Below, one piece after another: positions 1 to 18,520 of a stretch of 64,000 nt of DNA. The position numbers and the translations under genes were made by a program. The notes below the pieces were generated by a model that was not told where the DNA came from, ran no database searches, and saw only the letters and a program-made list of their open reading frames with translations. Every line of letters starts with the position of its first letter. Within the stretch, counting starts at the first letter, position 1. Source of the stretch: Balanoglossus misakiensis (Eukaryota > Animalia > Hemichordata); assembly GCA_040954595.2 (NCBI GenBank), contig CM082576.2, positions 3,694,760 to 3,758,759 of the forward strand, in the 5' to 3' direction.

Positions 1-1735
1 CCTGCAGCGGTGTCTGAGATCTAGAGCGACAAAGAATTGACAGAAGAATAAAGAAAGAAAGAAAGAAAGAAAGATTAAAGCTGCAAGCAGCATTGTCCGG
101 GCCCAAGCTTTATTATCTGATCTGATATTAGATATGCACATAATTAATGAGAAGAAACATAATGCTGTGTTTATCCCATGAAATATCAAGGTTATATCTA
201 TGTTTTGTGCTGATATAGTGTTAAGTAGGTCAAAGGTCACCCAGAGGTCACCCACAATTTGGGCAGAAAATTTTGACCCATAGTGGTCCATGTCCAACAA
301 AAACCAGACCTCTAGGCCTTTTGGTTAGCACAGAATTAGGTATGCACATAAATAATGAGTTGAGCAGGGGTAACAGGTGACGCAAAACTTTGGCTTTTCA
401 TTATGGCCCCATACCTCCAAACGCCAAGGCTGTATCTGCTGTGGATGTCGAGATATGCAAAAGTAGGTCAAAGGTCACCCGAGGTCATCCAAAATTTGGG
501 CAAAATATTTTGACCCCATACTGATCCATGTCCAAAAAAAAAAACCTCTAGGTCATTTGGTTCATCTGTAATTAGGTATGCGCATATTTAATGAGGTCAG
601 CAGAGGTCAAAGGGGTCATGAAAAGTAGCAAAAATTTTTGATCACATACAAAACCACATACATCAAAAACCAAACTTATAGCCCTATTGGTTAGCCTGGA
701 ATTAGATATGCAGAAAAATGATGCGTCAAAAGTAGGTCAAAGGTCATTGCCAAAATTACCAAAATATTTATAGCTTATTCTTGTCATATGATGATTCATA
801 TCCATAAAAAGAATTTCTGTGCTATCAATTTTTAGGCTAGAAACGGAATTTTTACTTTTTAATCGTTGTTCACAAAATCCAATATGGCCGCCAAAATCTT
901 CGACCAATCATAATGATCTTAGCAAACTTGATAGACATCAGTGTAGTGACCATACTCCCCAAATCTTGTGACTCGGTTATCGCTGGTTCTTGAGAAGAAG
1001 ATTTTTGAAATTTTACTAGGGTTTTTCCAAAATCCAATATGGCCGCCATAATCTTCGACCAATCACAATGATCTTCGCAAACTTGATAGACCTCAGTTTG
1101 GTGACCACATACCCCAAACCCAGTGTCTCGGTTATCACCGGTTCTGGAGAAGAAGATTTTTGAAATTTAAGCCAGATTTCAGAAAAAAAATTGTAGCAAA
1201 AAAACTGCAACTTTGTCAGCATAATTTCCAATTACAGAAATGATGGGCAGAAGGTAGTCTACCTGCACGCCAAATTTGAAGTCGATCTGACTTGTAGTTT
1301 CTGAGATCTGAGATTTGCATATTTTCAGAAAATCCAAGATGGCTGCCAGGTCATGTGACTAATTAGAAATTCAAGGGTTCAATGCACGACTACTCATTGA
1401 CCTTGACCACTGTAGCAAGTTTCAGAAGTGTACCTGCAGTGGTGTCTGAGATCTAGAGCGACAAAGAATTGACACAAGAATAAAGAAAGAAAGAAAGAAG
1501 AAAGAAAAACCCCAACGAAACCAATAGGGCCCAAGCGCTGGCTTGCGCTTGGGCCCTAAAAAACCCCAACGAAACCAATAGGGCCCAAGCGCTGGTATGC
1601 GCTTGGGCCCTAAAGACTGAAAAATACCAACGAAACCAATAGGGCCCAAGCCTGGCTTGGCTTGGGCCCTAAAGAAAGAAAAACCCCAACGAAACCAATA
1701 CGGGCCCAAGCCTGGCTTGGCTTGGGCCCGTAACA
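1..1735. mobile_element. Non-autonomous Helentron/DINE-1-like (HINE-type) repeat in a TTC8 intron, preceded by the tail of a second copy
   Basis: 1-70 is nearly identical to ~1432-1500. GGGCCCAAGC at 99-108 recurs inside 3' palindromes. Internal 155-bp tandem duplication (873-1010 vs 1028-1167), a (GAAA)n tract and 3' stem-loops; no transposase ORF. The family assignment is inferred from architecture only. Confidence 0.55.
1506..1732. repeat. Four tandem copies of a ~52-60 bp unit containing a palindrome (GGGCCCAAGC-loop-GCTTGGGCCC)
   Basis: Unit CCAACGAAACCAATAGGGCCCAAGC...GCTTGGGCCCTAA read four times; the first copy has a 14-bp stem (1525-1538 / 1545-1558). Confidence 0.9.
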
Positions 1736-1760
1736 AACAAACATCTGACTGGTGCTGTAC

Positions 1761-4700
1761 CTCGTATATCCTTGCAATGCCAGTCAGAAGGCTGATCTCA
1801 CTAGGGAATTTCTCCAGCGCCTGCTTGTAGATCTCCACGGCCGTTAGGGGCTGATCAAGCCTGGTGTAGACTTTACACAGATACAGGAAGGTGTCCACCA
1901 TCTCTTGCTGTTTCATGGCAGACTTGAACTGCTGTTCTGCTTCTCTGTAGAGCCCCAACCTGGCCAGAAAATTAATATCATTTGAAATTATCTGTGGTCT
2001 CTTTCGGGAGTCAAAGAAGTTTGCAATGTACACAAATTCAAAACAAGATTTGTTTGAACTGATAGGTGGATTTTGATAGCTTGGGGGAAGTTAAGGCCAG
2101 TTGTGATTTCTAGGGTCTTATGTAAGGAGGAAACACTGCCTGACACAGTGATACAATCTACTAGTCAACATAGTGACATTTGACCTGTGTACATTAATTC
2201 ACAATGATGATACACTTTGCCCATGTGCATATATGGACATTCACAAGAATATATCTGCGCTTCCCCCCCCCCCCCCCCCCCCCAAATAATAGCTCTACTC
2301 CTTGTGTGGAACACACACACCCACACTGGTAACTATGGGATGAAAGATTGACATAATGCTGCAATGTCACCAACACTGCATACCTGTAGTAACATTTTCC
2401 TAATTGAACCTTCCACCACCAGTCCTTAAAATGACACGCTTCCGTCGCCAGAGCCGCTAACTCAAGTGCATTCCTGACGTCATTCTCGTGATGAAATATA
2501 TACTCGAACAAAGCCTGAAAATGTAGGAAAAGTTAACATTTAACACATCGATCGATGGACACATATTGAGGATTACAAAACAAAAGCCAAAGAAGATTAC
2601 CACCTACGCAGTCAGACTCTTAACACTGCCCGGATACATTCTTTTGACATATCAGTCTCGACACCATGGACTCTGTAATTCTCAATAAGGCACCTTTGCC
2701 CCTTTAAACAATGAAATAGACTGTCATATAAATTATGCCCGGCATAAACGCAAAACAAACACCACAATAGATACTGAGGCATTACTACCAGAGGAAATTT
2801 TACACGAACACATATTGATACAAGTTTTAAGAAAAATATTGTGGTAACTTTGATAGAATGGTGATCATCCTTTATGATCACCGTGTGTGACTTTTCTCTC
2901 TCGTCTATACAACCCACCTTGGCTAGAGTTGATCTTTGAGCATACTTGGTAAAATTCAGCCTGGCTAGGTTGATGAATGGACCATCTGGAGATGACAGCA
3001 TAGACGCCTACAGACATAAGGACAAAAATTAACCTCTTACACATACTTGCAAACCTGTACCAATGAAGTTAAACCTATATTGATGGTACTGCAATATGCA
3101 GTGTTCTGAACCTGGTTTTCTTGATCTATGAGACTGAAGAAAAATGTCACTGTACGAGTTTGCATTATTCAAATCTCCTTGGTCACTGTGATATCTGATC
3201 ACGAGCGAAAGAAGGCCAACTTAACAGCACCCGAAATTTTGCAGCATTACGGAATCTCTTATTAAATGCTGAGCATGCTCTCAGTTGGGACAGATCAGAG
3301 TTTCACAGACAAAGCGAGATGCTGGGAGACAGACACTCACCGTTCCTAGCCTGACATATCTCCCTGAGGCACTGGTGACAGGCCTTGCAGTATGCGCCGT
3401 CCTGGGAGTTCTCAGAGCCTGCTCCATGGTGCCCGGCCTGCCCTGGGTGCCGGGACGTGCAAACCCAGTCAGCGGGCGTCCTCCTTGAGTGGTGGGTCTG
3501 AAACCCGCACTCGGCCCTCCTTGCCCGGTCCCTGGCTTCTTCAGCGAGGTGCCGGGTCCTGCAAATTAAAAAGTTCAGACTAGAAAAACAGGATACTTCC
3601 CCTGACTTTGTATCCAGGGACTGAAAACAACACAAGCAATAAACACAACACTTGCCCAATTACATCGCAAAATTTAAAGGTAAAAAAGAATGTGCACGTA
3701 ATAAGTTACTATCATAGTACACGTATTAACATTCATATTGGCACAACTCAAAGTCCATGTCGTGATTTTGGTTTACACCAACCCGGATCTGGGGGTTGTT
3801 AAGTGTATCTTTTTACGAGTATGTAACAAACACATAAAAAAACACATGATTAACATCTTGAGATAACAACTGTTTTTTACCCTAACCTTTCTTAAGGTTT
3901 TTTGCAGTAGACAACTCGTCCAGTATGAGAGGTGCTGAAAACCTGTTACACGCCAATCAAAATTTTCACATCCAGTGTTTTTGTTAGGGGCAGTATCTAG
4001 GTAAATGTTACCAGATTTCCCCAGTCGTTTTACCGGGGTTCCCCTTGATAATGATAGATCAATGCATTTCTATGAATAGGTAGCAGAAGTGTTTATACTG
4101 GGGTCCCCCCAAATCATTACCAAAACACTGACATCATAATTTGCAGCCTGCCTTCAAAATTGCTGGTGTTGTCTATTACATTCACCTTTAGTTTAGGCTA
4201 CACCAATGCCATTCTTGTTAGGGACAGATTACAAAGCATGATAGTGATCATCTCGCTGCTATGCTATGCAATCATCATGACCACAAAGTATTATTTATAG
4301 CTTACGTGCAACTTGCGCAATGGTATTGTCGTCCATAACCATCTCAGCTATGCCCTCTTCATCTACTTCAACTTCATCAACATAGACCTGTTCTGTTAAT
4401 GCCCTGGTCTTCAGCGACCATGCTGCCTATGAAGTAAAACCAAAATATTGAATTTACTGACAAGGACATATGCCATGCATATCTGTAGGGTGTACATGTA
4501 GAACGTACTTGGATGCATGGATATTTGGTGTTTGACAATTCACAGTCACTCCAGCCTCCAGGGGGTGTGTCTGTGGGCAAATACTTGCATCATTGGTGTT
4601 CTCTTTAATACCTCTATTACGGTTTAAGCCAGTTGACCAGAAAGAAATTAAGATTGGTGCTGACAGCATAGGTAAATTCAAGACTCCACCGTCTATTATA

Positions 4701-5029
4701 ACAGCTACTGAGCCAGCTGCAATAATTGTATCCCACGGGCCTTTATGTGCCGAGTTGGCAAAGGCCCGTGGGCTACAATTATTGCAGCTACTACTGAGCA
4801 AGCTTCTCCCATCTACTGTCTATGGTTTTACTTTTCTTCACATCACAAATGATACCACGTCCATGAACATACAAACAGGAAACCCACATGAAATTTCTTC
4901 AACTGATTATCTGCCCTTCCTGCTTACCTGGTCGTATGGATTTTTCTCCAGGAGCTGAGTACACAGGTTGACACACTCTTCGAATTTTCGCCTCCTGTAG
5001 AAGCTCAACGCCAAAAACATCGGATCCAT
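1761..5029 (-). CDS. TTC8: Tetratricopeptide repeat protein 8 / BBSome subunit BBS8, first six coding exons (continues left of the window)
   Basis: Exons 5029-4928 (MDPMFLALSFYRRRKFEECVNLCTQLLEKNPYDQ), 4426-4306, 3558-3341 (RPGTSLK...PRTAHTARPVTSASGRYVRLGT), 3007-2918 (SMLSSPDGPFINLARLN), 2514-2384 (DWWWKVQLGKCYYR), 1959-1761. GT-AG junctions keep frame and the motifs are diagnostic of BBS8. Confidence 0.97.
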
Positions 5030-5511
5030 GGCTGTATCAATGCAGTTTGTTTACGTTGGTGACATGAACCAATGCAGGCTGTTTTAAAGTGTTTCGACGA
5101 AAACTTCAGACAGACTTGTATATCGACGCAGTTTACTTGTCGGCGAAACCCTATTAATTGGGATAGCCACTCTTAAACTGTGAATAAATAACAACTTTCA
5201 GCTTGTCATTTTCGCACTGCTTATCACACTGGCCTGACCGCTAGCTGGAAATGGAATTTCAAAATGGCGGCTCACAGCGCCCACATGGACAAACTCAAGT
5301 GTGCTTTTGTTTTTACTGAAGAACCTGTTGGAGTACCAGTAGCAGGCCTGGTCTGATAAAAGTTACGTAGATAAAAAACGCACTTTATGCGCTTTATGAT
5401 AAGCATTGGCCCCCTTTCTGTGCTAGCTGTCTGTGAAGACATATCTCGATGATAACGCGAACTTCTACATGTAATGGTCACAGCGTTGGAGTAGGAATAC
5501 AGGGCCTACTA

Positions 5512-5597
5512 AGCCTACATCTGCAGTTCAGTAGGTCGAGGTTTTGCCTTGGTTTGTGTATTAGAGGGCAAAACCACAAGCAACTGAACTGCGGCTA
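5512..5597. repeat. Short MITE-like imperfect inverted repeat
   Basis: Arms 5521-5550 and 5565-5594 match at 24/30 positions; GGCCTACTA flanks both sides (5503-5511, 5598-5606). Confidence 0.45.
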
Positions 5598-6185
5598 GGC
5601 CTACTACTGAGTTGCGAGTCTTCACAGCTCTTCTCGAACATCTACCCTAATTTTGTTTAGTAATCAAGTTGCGGTGAATCCCCGTCTGGGTTTATGAAGT
5701 TCTCAACCCTTTGTAGCTGTAATAATGGTAGGCGGGCGGTGGCTTGAAAGACCCGTTATTTATGCAGCTATTGCAACCCATACCTATTCACACTATGAAA
5801 ATCAAAGGCTTGACCAAAGAATGGGGAAATCCTATAAAAAAGGTAAAGGGGTGAAACGAATCAAGCGCATAACAATTTCTGTACTTTGGTTCCTGGAGAC
5901 ATGCCAAGAACCAAGTGAGTGTCCCCTGATTATCATAAAGGGGGAGGGGGGTCCAGCTTCTATGACCTATTCACCCACGGTCATTACAAGGAAGTATGTG
6001 CAGGTATTTCAGAACGAGCCTAGGATGCCAAAGGGTGACACGCAAACGAACTCACGGGAGTTTAGAACCACCGAGCCAGAGCCGTAAAAAAACAACTGAA
6101 GGTCGCATGCGGTTTTTGGCCTGTTCATACTTCATCCTCCAAACGGAAAGGCCATCCACTGAAGAAGTCGTTGTAGAACGCAGCG

Positions 6186-11616
<5,431 letters not shown>

Positions 11617-12606
11617 CTGCCGCGGTTCAACACGACCGTGTGTATTTTCTACAATATCAATTTGTTCAAAGACCAGTCAGGTTATGTGTTGGAATCTTTA
11701 TTTTTATCGGATACCTTCATTCCATAAACCGCGTATTGGATCATGTGAAATTATTTTAACTTGTGCACATGAGCGGCATTTTGACAAATGCCTTCGAACT
11801 TCATCAGATTGATATTGCCTTACATTAAGAAAATACATTTTATTCTCAATGCTTTCAAAACAAACTGCATTTTATAAAAACGAACTGATTGGACTAAACT
11901 GTACTGACAGATGGCACAATGTTCAAATCCAATTGTAACTCTTGCTAACATTTTCATCTCTTTTTGTTGTATCCAGTCTGTATCGGTAAAAAAGTAAAAC
12001 CACTTTTCAGAGAAGTGAATAGAAAATCCAACCTCGAAAATAAATTATTAATTTACCTTGAAAAACTTTCTTGTCCTGTCGTAATTTTTATGGATTATAC
12101 ACAAAATTTCAGAATGCATCGCCTGGCCGGAAGGCCGGCAAAGGTAAATCAGGTGGGCCGCAGAACGAGGCTGAGCATTGAGGAGCGCCCCCATCGACAA
12201 TTTTTATCTAGACACGAAAGTTTGGGCGTTCCCACTTTCACTGATTCCTTGCGAATTGAGTGACGAACGTTAGCCTTTTGCCTGAACACCCTTGTTGCGG
12301 AAGGAGAACATTTCTGGTACACGAACAAGAACAATTTGTTTTGTCTGGATAGACACTTTGCCAGCCTGGGCCAGGGTAGGTACAATGTATACTCCTCAGA
12401 AGTGTGTTAGTCGGGCAGGTGTATGTACTGAAACTTGCCAGCTGTCCTTCACAGTATTTTGGACAAGACGGACTAAACACCAATGTTTAAAACGATCTTC
12501 ACAAAAATAAAACTCTTTGCGATTTTGTTACACAGTGCCACACCTATCAGGGTATATATGTACAACTTTGGTGAAATTTGCCAGGTACAGTATGCGTGTG
12601 CGGAGC

Positions 12607-15600
12607 ATGACTGGAGCCAGATTGTTGTTTTGGTCATTTGGGGTCACGCTGTTGTTGCTGCAGTCGAAGGTGAGTGACGTGTGAGTCTTAACCTTGTGAC
12701 TCGAATACGTGAAAACAATGGCCGAATTACGACTATAATTGTGTGCTACGAAACTAGAAACAATTACATAAATCTCAACTAATTTTGGCGAATTTTCGAC
12801 CAATAAAACAAATTCGACCTACATTTTATACACTTTAAGCTCGTTAAATGTTTAATACAAGAACATAAAACAGGCAGATAACCCTCTTGTGTTCAGATCA
12901 GGGTCACCCCATTGAGTGGTGTGACCGTGTCCAATCTGGGACCCTTTTTTCGAGACTATTGTGACGGCTAAGATGGCACTTGGCACGGCGAAACACGTTC
13001 GGTGTAAATTGTTATCGTTCACTTGACACAGAAAAAAGTGCATTCCCTTTAACTAAGAGCCCTGTACAAGTACCGCCTGATGACCGTTCCACACGAAGTA
13101 CTTTGTCGTCGTGATCTGAGGTAACTGTCCCCACAACCCTTCTGGCATTCAAAGACATGACAAGATAACGACACGTTTTGTTCTGGGCACTGCATGAATG
13201 ACACGCCCGTAACGCGACGGCATCCGTCATCCCACAGTCCAGATTACTAGTAGTATGAGTATTAGTATAAGTTGAAAGTGGCTTTCTTAGAAGTCTGCCA
13301 GTGGATTGGAGAGCTAGTTTTGAAGAAAACAAGGCCTTTTTGCAATTGTGTTGTTTGTTTGTGAAGGTTTCCCCGGCTGCGGCGTCGCCTGACGACTGTT
13401 GGGATTGCGTATCACCGGAATATACAAGCTGCCAGTATTGCAGCGGTTCGAATGACACCCTGAACGGCACCTGTAATTCGGGTTACCGGTTAGCTGAGCA
13501 TGGCACGCCCGGCGAGGAGGACGAGGAGACGCGGTCCGCCGAAGAAGGGCCAGAGGTGTGTCTGGGCACAACCAATGCAAGTAGAGCGATGAATGTCAGC
13601 GCTGGATGGATGTGTTGCAGGTATGGCTGACAAATGTGTTGTCTACCACATCGTTGACAGTATTTGTGGTACTAGTATATATTTTCCAATTGCCTGAATT
13701 TGGTTTATTCACGACAGGTGTGAAATGTCCAAGAATCATATGACTATACAATTTACAGGCTTTCTTTCTCAATTTATTCAATACCAAAGCAAACGCCTTC
13801 GGGCTTAATTATTTTTCTAGGAAAGGCACCGTGGATGACATGTCGGTATTCATAATGTCTCTGGGTATTGCTATCTTACTGGTCGGTCTCCTTTTGTTGG
13901 CCATTATTGCAGCGACCATATATTATTGTTTACGACGGCGTGGCCTTGTTGGGTCGTGTACGTGTAAAGCACGTTGTACGTGCTGCAAGGTAAGGATTAT
14001 TTGTAAAATGTCCTCTTCTTAAGGTAAGGGTAGAATTAGACTTGTTTATAAAAACAACTGAAATAAGAAACTTATAAGAAACTTTTAGGAAACTTATAAG
14101 AAATATCGTCTACCATAAGCGCAATATTCTCTTGGTTGATTATATTTATATATATATAGCGTAAAATAATTCTTCCAACTGGGTTATTGTAATTCATTCC
14201 AAACGTATGTGGTCGCTCCAACAGTTGCTTATTTGACATCATTTTTTCTTTCCTTTTTTTAATTTTTAGACTGAAGACAAACAAGGAAAACTCAGATTAT
14301 CTGATATTGAAGAGATACAGCCGGTAGGTCTCACACGTTATAATGTATAAAAGAAATATTTTTAGAACGCTGAGAAAAAACGCGATGATTTTCGTAATTA
14401 CTGATTATTTTTTTATTCTTGATTTTGTACTGCAATTTCTTAGGGGCAGCCGCTGATATTTCGTACGCTTCCATCATGTTACTATAACTGTTTTTAGCGT
14501 CACGGACCCAATTTTAATTTTGATTGATGATTGAAAAATTCGAGACGACAAGCTCAAAGTTTTAAGGTATCTCCATCCGTATGTTCATAAACTTACTTTC
14601 GTATAGGTGAAGGGACCCCCTTCCCCAAAGATCGTTCCAATAATGTTTTATTGGTCACACGGAGCCCAAAGCATGATCGGGGAGAGTGGGGAAATTGCGA
14701 AAAGGCGCAAGTCGAAACGTGTTCTCATGGCTGGTCGCGCTGTTGACTTACCGCCTTCAACAATTGAAGAGAGGCTCGAATCTCCGATCTCTCCCGAACC
14801 ACCCGGTTCTCCGATTTCTATCGAAGCAGAAGTGTACGGATCGGTAGAAATGGATGAAGGCGTACAGCCATATGACGGTGAGACGGCCAGGGAGGAGGGG
14901 GACCGCCTGGGCGACTACTTGTCTGCGGCACGGCAACTCGGCGAGGCGGCGCTATGCCGTGGCACTTGGAACGACGCACTTTTCGCCAACCCGGTCTTCG
15001 CTGCCGGCTTGTTCGACGTCGAGGGCGGACATTTGGCCTTGGAGGACATGGGAATAGACCTTTTCATACCACCAGGAGCGATCACTGAGGGCGACGAACC
15101 AACATTTGTGTATCTATACATCAGTAGAGACCCAAACCACAGTCCGAGCGTTTCGGAAAGACGCGTTTCCGTGAGTGGGGTGGTACATTGCGGGCCGTCT
15201 GGACTGAGATTTCGCGAGAGGGTTGTGCTGTCGTACCAACACTGCGCAGATATGGAGAGCCAAGGAGTCCGGGTTATCGCCCTGTCGTCTGAATCTGACC
15301 CTGGCGACGCAGCTGAATACAGAGATCTGATGGATGATGAAACCTCCATGAGTATAGTGAAAGACAACAAATGCCTTCTTTACGTCACACACTTTACTGG
15401 CTTCACTTCAGTTGCCGAGGCAACGCCTATACAGGCCGTCGACGAACAAGTGGAGACGCCGGTGATCAAGAAACTAGTTGAAATACTCGGTTTCCATGGT
15501 GATCTAAATCCCGGAATAAAGAAACTGCCTCTGAGGCTGTATTGCGTAAACAAGACTGACGATGCAAAACAGGTAATTATATGCCGCGATACTTCAAAAA

Positions 15601-17336
15601 AGACCAGAGATTCCCCTATGATTTTTTTTTTCACATTTTCAACGGCAATGATAAAGTTGGAGGAGAGAGAGGGTGAGGGAGGGATGTATCTATTGTGATA
15701 AGCATAATATCATACCTGGAAGCACTTTTCCGTTTGTCTATTGCAAATATGCGGATCTGCCTATCTCATGTCGTCAACTTCAAAAGTGGTAGAAATCACG
15801 AATAGATTTCACAAATAATAAGGATTCGGATATCTGATTTCGGAAGGGAAACAACTTCGCTGTGTGGTAGGATATTTATGAAACCTGGCTTACTTCTTCT
15901 CTGATTACTTCTTATCAGCTTGTTCTTGAAGAAGAGTATCGAATGTCTGGTCACCAGGCCGATGCTCCAAAGACGATGTCTTTCTTGAATAACCAACGAG
16001 ATTTAGAAGTTCACATGACCGAGATCGACCCAGCCTGGAAGATTGGTGGTACGGGACCGATTCAGGTATCGTCTGCAATTGTATTCTTTTGATGTATGTC
16101 TAACTTAACAAAATGAGTCGATTAAGACTTATGACAACAGTGTCGTGGTGCAAATTATAACCGATTTACGGGGGCGAGGTGTCGAGTATTTGAAGGATGT
16201 TCTCGTCGTTCTATGTTACAGGCGACAGATCGAGTGACTGTGTGGGCTGCAATCTATTTTATTTTGTAAAGATTGATTTTCACGGGCGCCATAGCCCGCT
16301 TTGGTTGGGGGTGTACGGGTCTAAACTGGAAGACTTTTCTCTTCTACTCCGTGGCACTGCGTACGACTGATTCCCTTCCTTTTGCCACTTTTTTTCTCGT
16401 TGTTAATACTACTCTAGTTATAGTTGATCACTGGGCGATACACATTTAATATGTTTGTGACCGTCTCCCTATATCTGTCTTTTATTTTTACAGAGCATCG
16501 ATTACGAAGTGGTGATGTCCTCGTCTTTTTCGGCCTGCTCTTACAGCATGTCGAAACAGGACAAGACGGCGAACACCTTCGACTGCGTTGTCAACGCCTT
16601 CCAGAGAGATAATGCAAAGTATGACGAAAACAACAAACAGCCAGTTTATTTCACCATCAATGAATCGGTAGGTACAGTACAGTACAGTACAGTACAGTAC
16701 AGTACAGTGCAGCGCAGCGCAGCGCAGCACAGCACAGCACAGTACAGTACAACAGTGCAGTGCATTGCATTGCAGTGCAGCGCAGCGCAGCACAGTACAG
16801 AACAGTGCAGTGAAGTGGTGTGATGCGGTAAGGTGAATGTATGGTGAAGTGGTATACTAGTATGACATAAAGTGCGGTGTACTTTACAGTTAACACCTTA
16901 CCAGAAATTACACGATACCAGAAAAAAGCACGTCACAATCTTTTTCAACTTGCAGAAACCGCCCGCAGCCCAGGACATCGACGCCCGTTACAAAGTGAAA
17001 GAGAGCCGAAGGAATAACCCTCGCTTGAAATACAGCGACAGGCTGAAACTGAGCCTTTTGCTGGACCCAAACAGTCCCCTTGGCAACGATTGGAGGATGG
17101 TGGCCGACAAAATGTCTCTCGATTACGACACCATTCAGCAAATTGAGGAACAGTTCCTGGCTGGCATTGTGCCAAGCCCGACCAGAGAGGTTCTGAATTA
17201 CTGGGATGCGACGAAGAAGGACGCTCCTCTTGGCGACTTGGTGGTAATATTTGAGGATATAGAACGACTTGACGCGGTCGAAATTGTGAGAAACGCGATG
17301 CAAAGTTCCAGCAAGGACGGCCAGGCGTCTAGATAA
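12607..17336 (+). CDS. Type-I membrane receptor B, tandem paralog of receptor A (SP, Cys-rich, TM, ZU5-UPA-DD)
   Basis: Exons 12607-12669 (MTGARLLFWSFGVTLLLLQSK), 13367-13620, 13821-13989 (TM), 14270-14323, 14607-15572 (ZU5, THFTGF), 15919-16065, 16494-16667, 16956-17336 (DD: GNDWRMVADKMSL..SPTREVLNYW). Same eight exons and intron phases as receptor A. Confidence 0.88.
16673..16810. repeat. Degenerate pentanucleotide microsatellite (CAGTA/CAGCG/CAGCA)n
   Basis: Direct reading; intronic in receptor B. Confidence 0.95.
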
Positions 17337-18183
17337 ATGAACTTTGGCATATATTGCTATTTACGCTCGAAAAATAAGTACTATCATCATTTCACAGTTG
17401 GTAAAGGTTCACATTGTAGTTTTGTAAATACAATTACAACTCCACAAATGTTAAGCATGGTAAACTGTTCTAATACTTGTACCCATAACAATACAGCGCT
17501 CGTATGTAATTGTAATGAGTTGCTTGTCTCAAAAATATGAAAAAAAAACGATTGTCATAAGCAAACTTTATCCGTAACGTTGCGCTATTTTTCAGTGTTC
17601 TAATTCAATCTGTCTGTTGAATGTCGTTTCGCCTTTCACAAGTTCTGTTTTGAAATATAACAATAGACCTTATAGATTATCACAATACATTGTATACCAC
17701 ATATGTAATGGCAGTATTGTTGTCATTGAAGTAGATACTATACTGTATTTTGACTTACAGTCTCTCTCACACACCCTTGAAGAACCTGGCACACGGTGAA
17801 ATTTAAATAGCTTTTAATAAATATAATTCTCTCCCTAATTGTGAGATACACGATGCATTCATTGAATGTTACTCATCCATAAAACAGATACTGTCTTACA
17901 TAGTATGTTTTAAATGATTCATAAAGACCTAAAGGGATCTAAAAGTTTCAGTGGAGATGGATATCGAAACAAGTACATGTGGTCCATTAAAACAACGAAA
18001 TATTATGTAAGTAAAGCCAGTCTACTTTGATTGGAAGTGAAATCAAACCCCGCCGAAATGGCGCACAATGACACATTTTTGTATTGTAATAAAGGCGCAC
18101 GGACAAAACTGGAAGCTTTGACAACGCGGTGAAATTTAGGCACCCGGAAAAAATAGCATCGGTTGCGTGGAGTTGTAGAGCTC

Positions 18184-18193
18184 GGGAAATCCC
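18184..18193. promoter_or_regulatory. Consensus NF-kB site GGGAAATCCC downstream of IL-17
   Basis: Reverse complement GGGATTTCCC matches GGGRNWYYCC exactly; function untested. Confidence 0.4.
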
Positions 18194-18520
18194 CTTTGTG
18201 TTCTGCTAACGACTCCTGTCCCTCCGACAAAACCAATGACCTGAGTACGCTCGTCGAGCCGCGATAAACACGAGAGTTCGCCGATAAAATGGCGATAACA
18301 GCGAGCTGTATGCAACGGGCTTTTCGCGTTGCCTGGTACGCCGCGCACAGAGGAAATAAGTAAATGATAACGTGTTCGCAGTGGTGACTGGCTGAAAATT
18401 TGCATCAGTCTGTGTATATCCACCCTAATAACCTCCGACTGATAATGTTCTAGTAAAAACTCTGACAGGTGAAACGTGTGCGAAGAACAATCACTGACGA
18501 GTCTGACGTGTTGGCATTTT

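Noticed and set aside
1506-1732. CRISPR-like look of the palindromic repeats
   Set aside because: No unique spacers, no cas genes, and the context is a eukaryotic intron; it is a tandem repeat.
1422-2033. 203-aa ORF as a standalone protein with repeated GPYWFRWGF
   Set aside because: It is a TTC8 exon (1959-1761) read through into intronic repeat sequence.
5030-5360. X-box for TTC8, and a divergent ORF starting at AAAATGGCGGC (5261)
   Set aside because: No convincing full X-box is visible. The ORF is only ~30 codons, and the motif is equally explained as a YY1-type promoter element.
18280-18350. Possible degenerate duplicate of the last IL-17 exon (ATGCAACGGGC match)
   Set aside because: Only ~11 nt of identity, cysteines absent and no splice acceptor.
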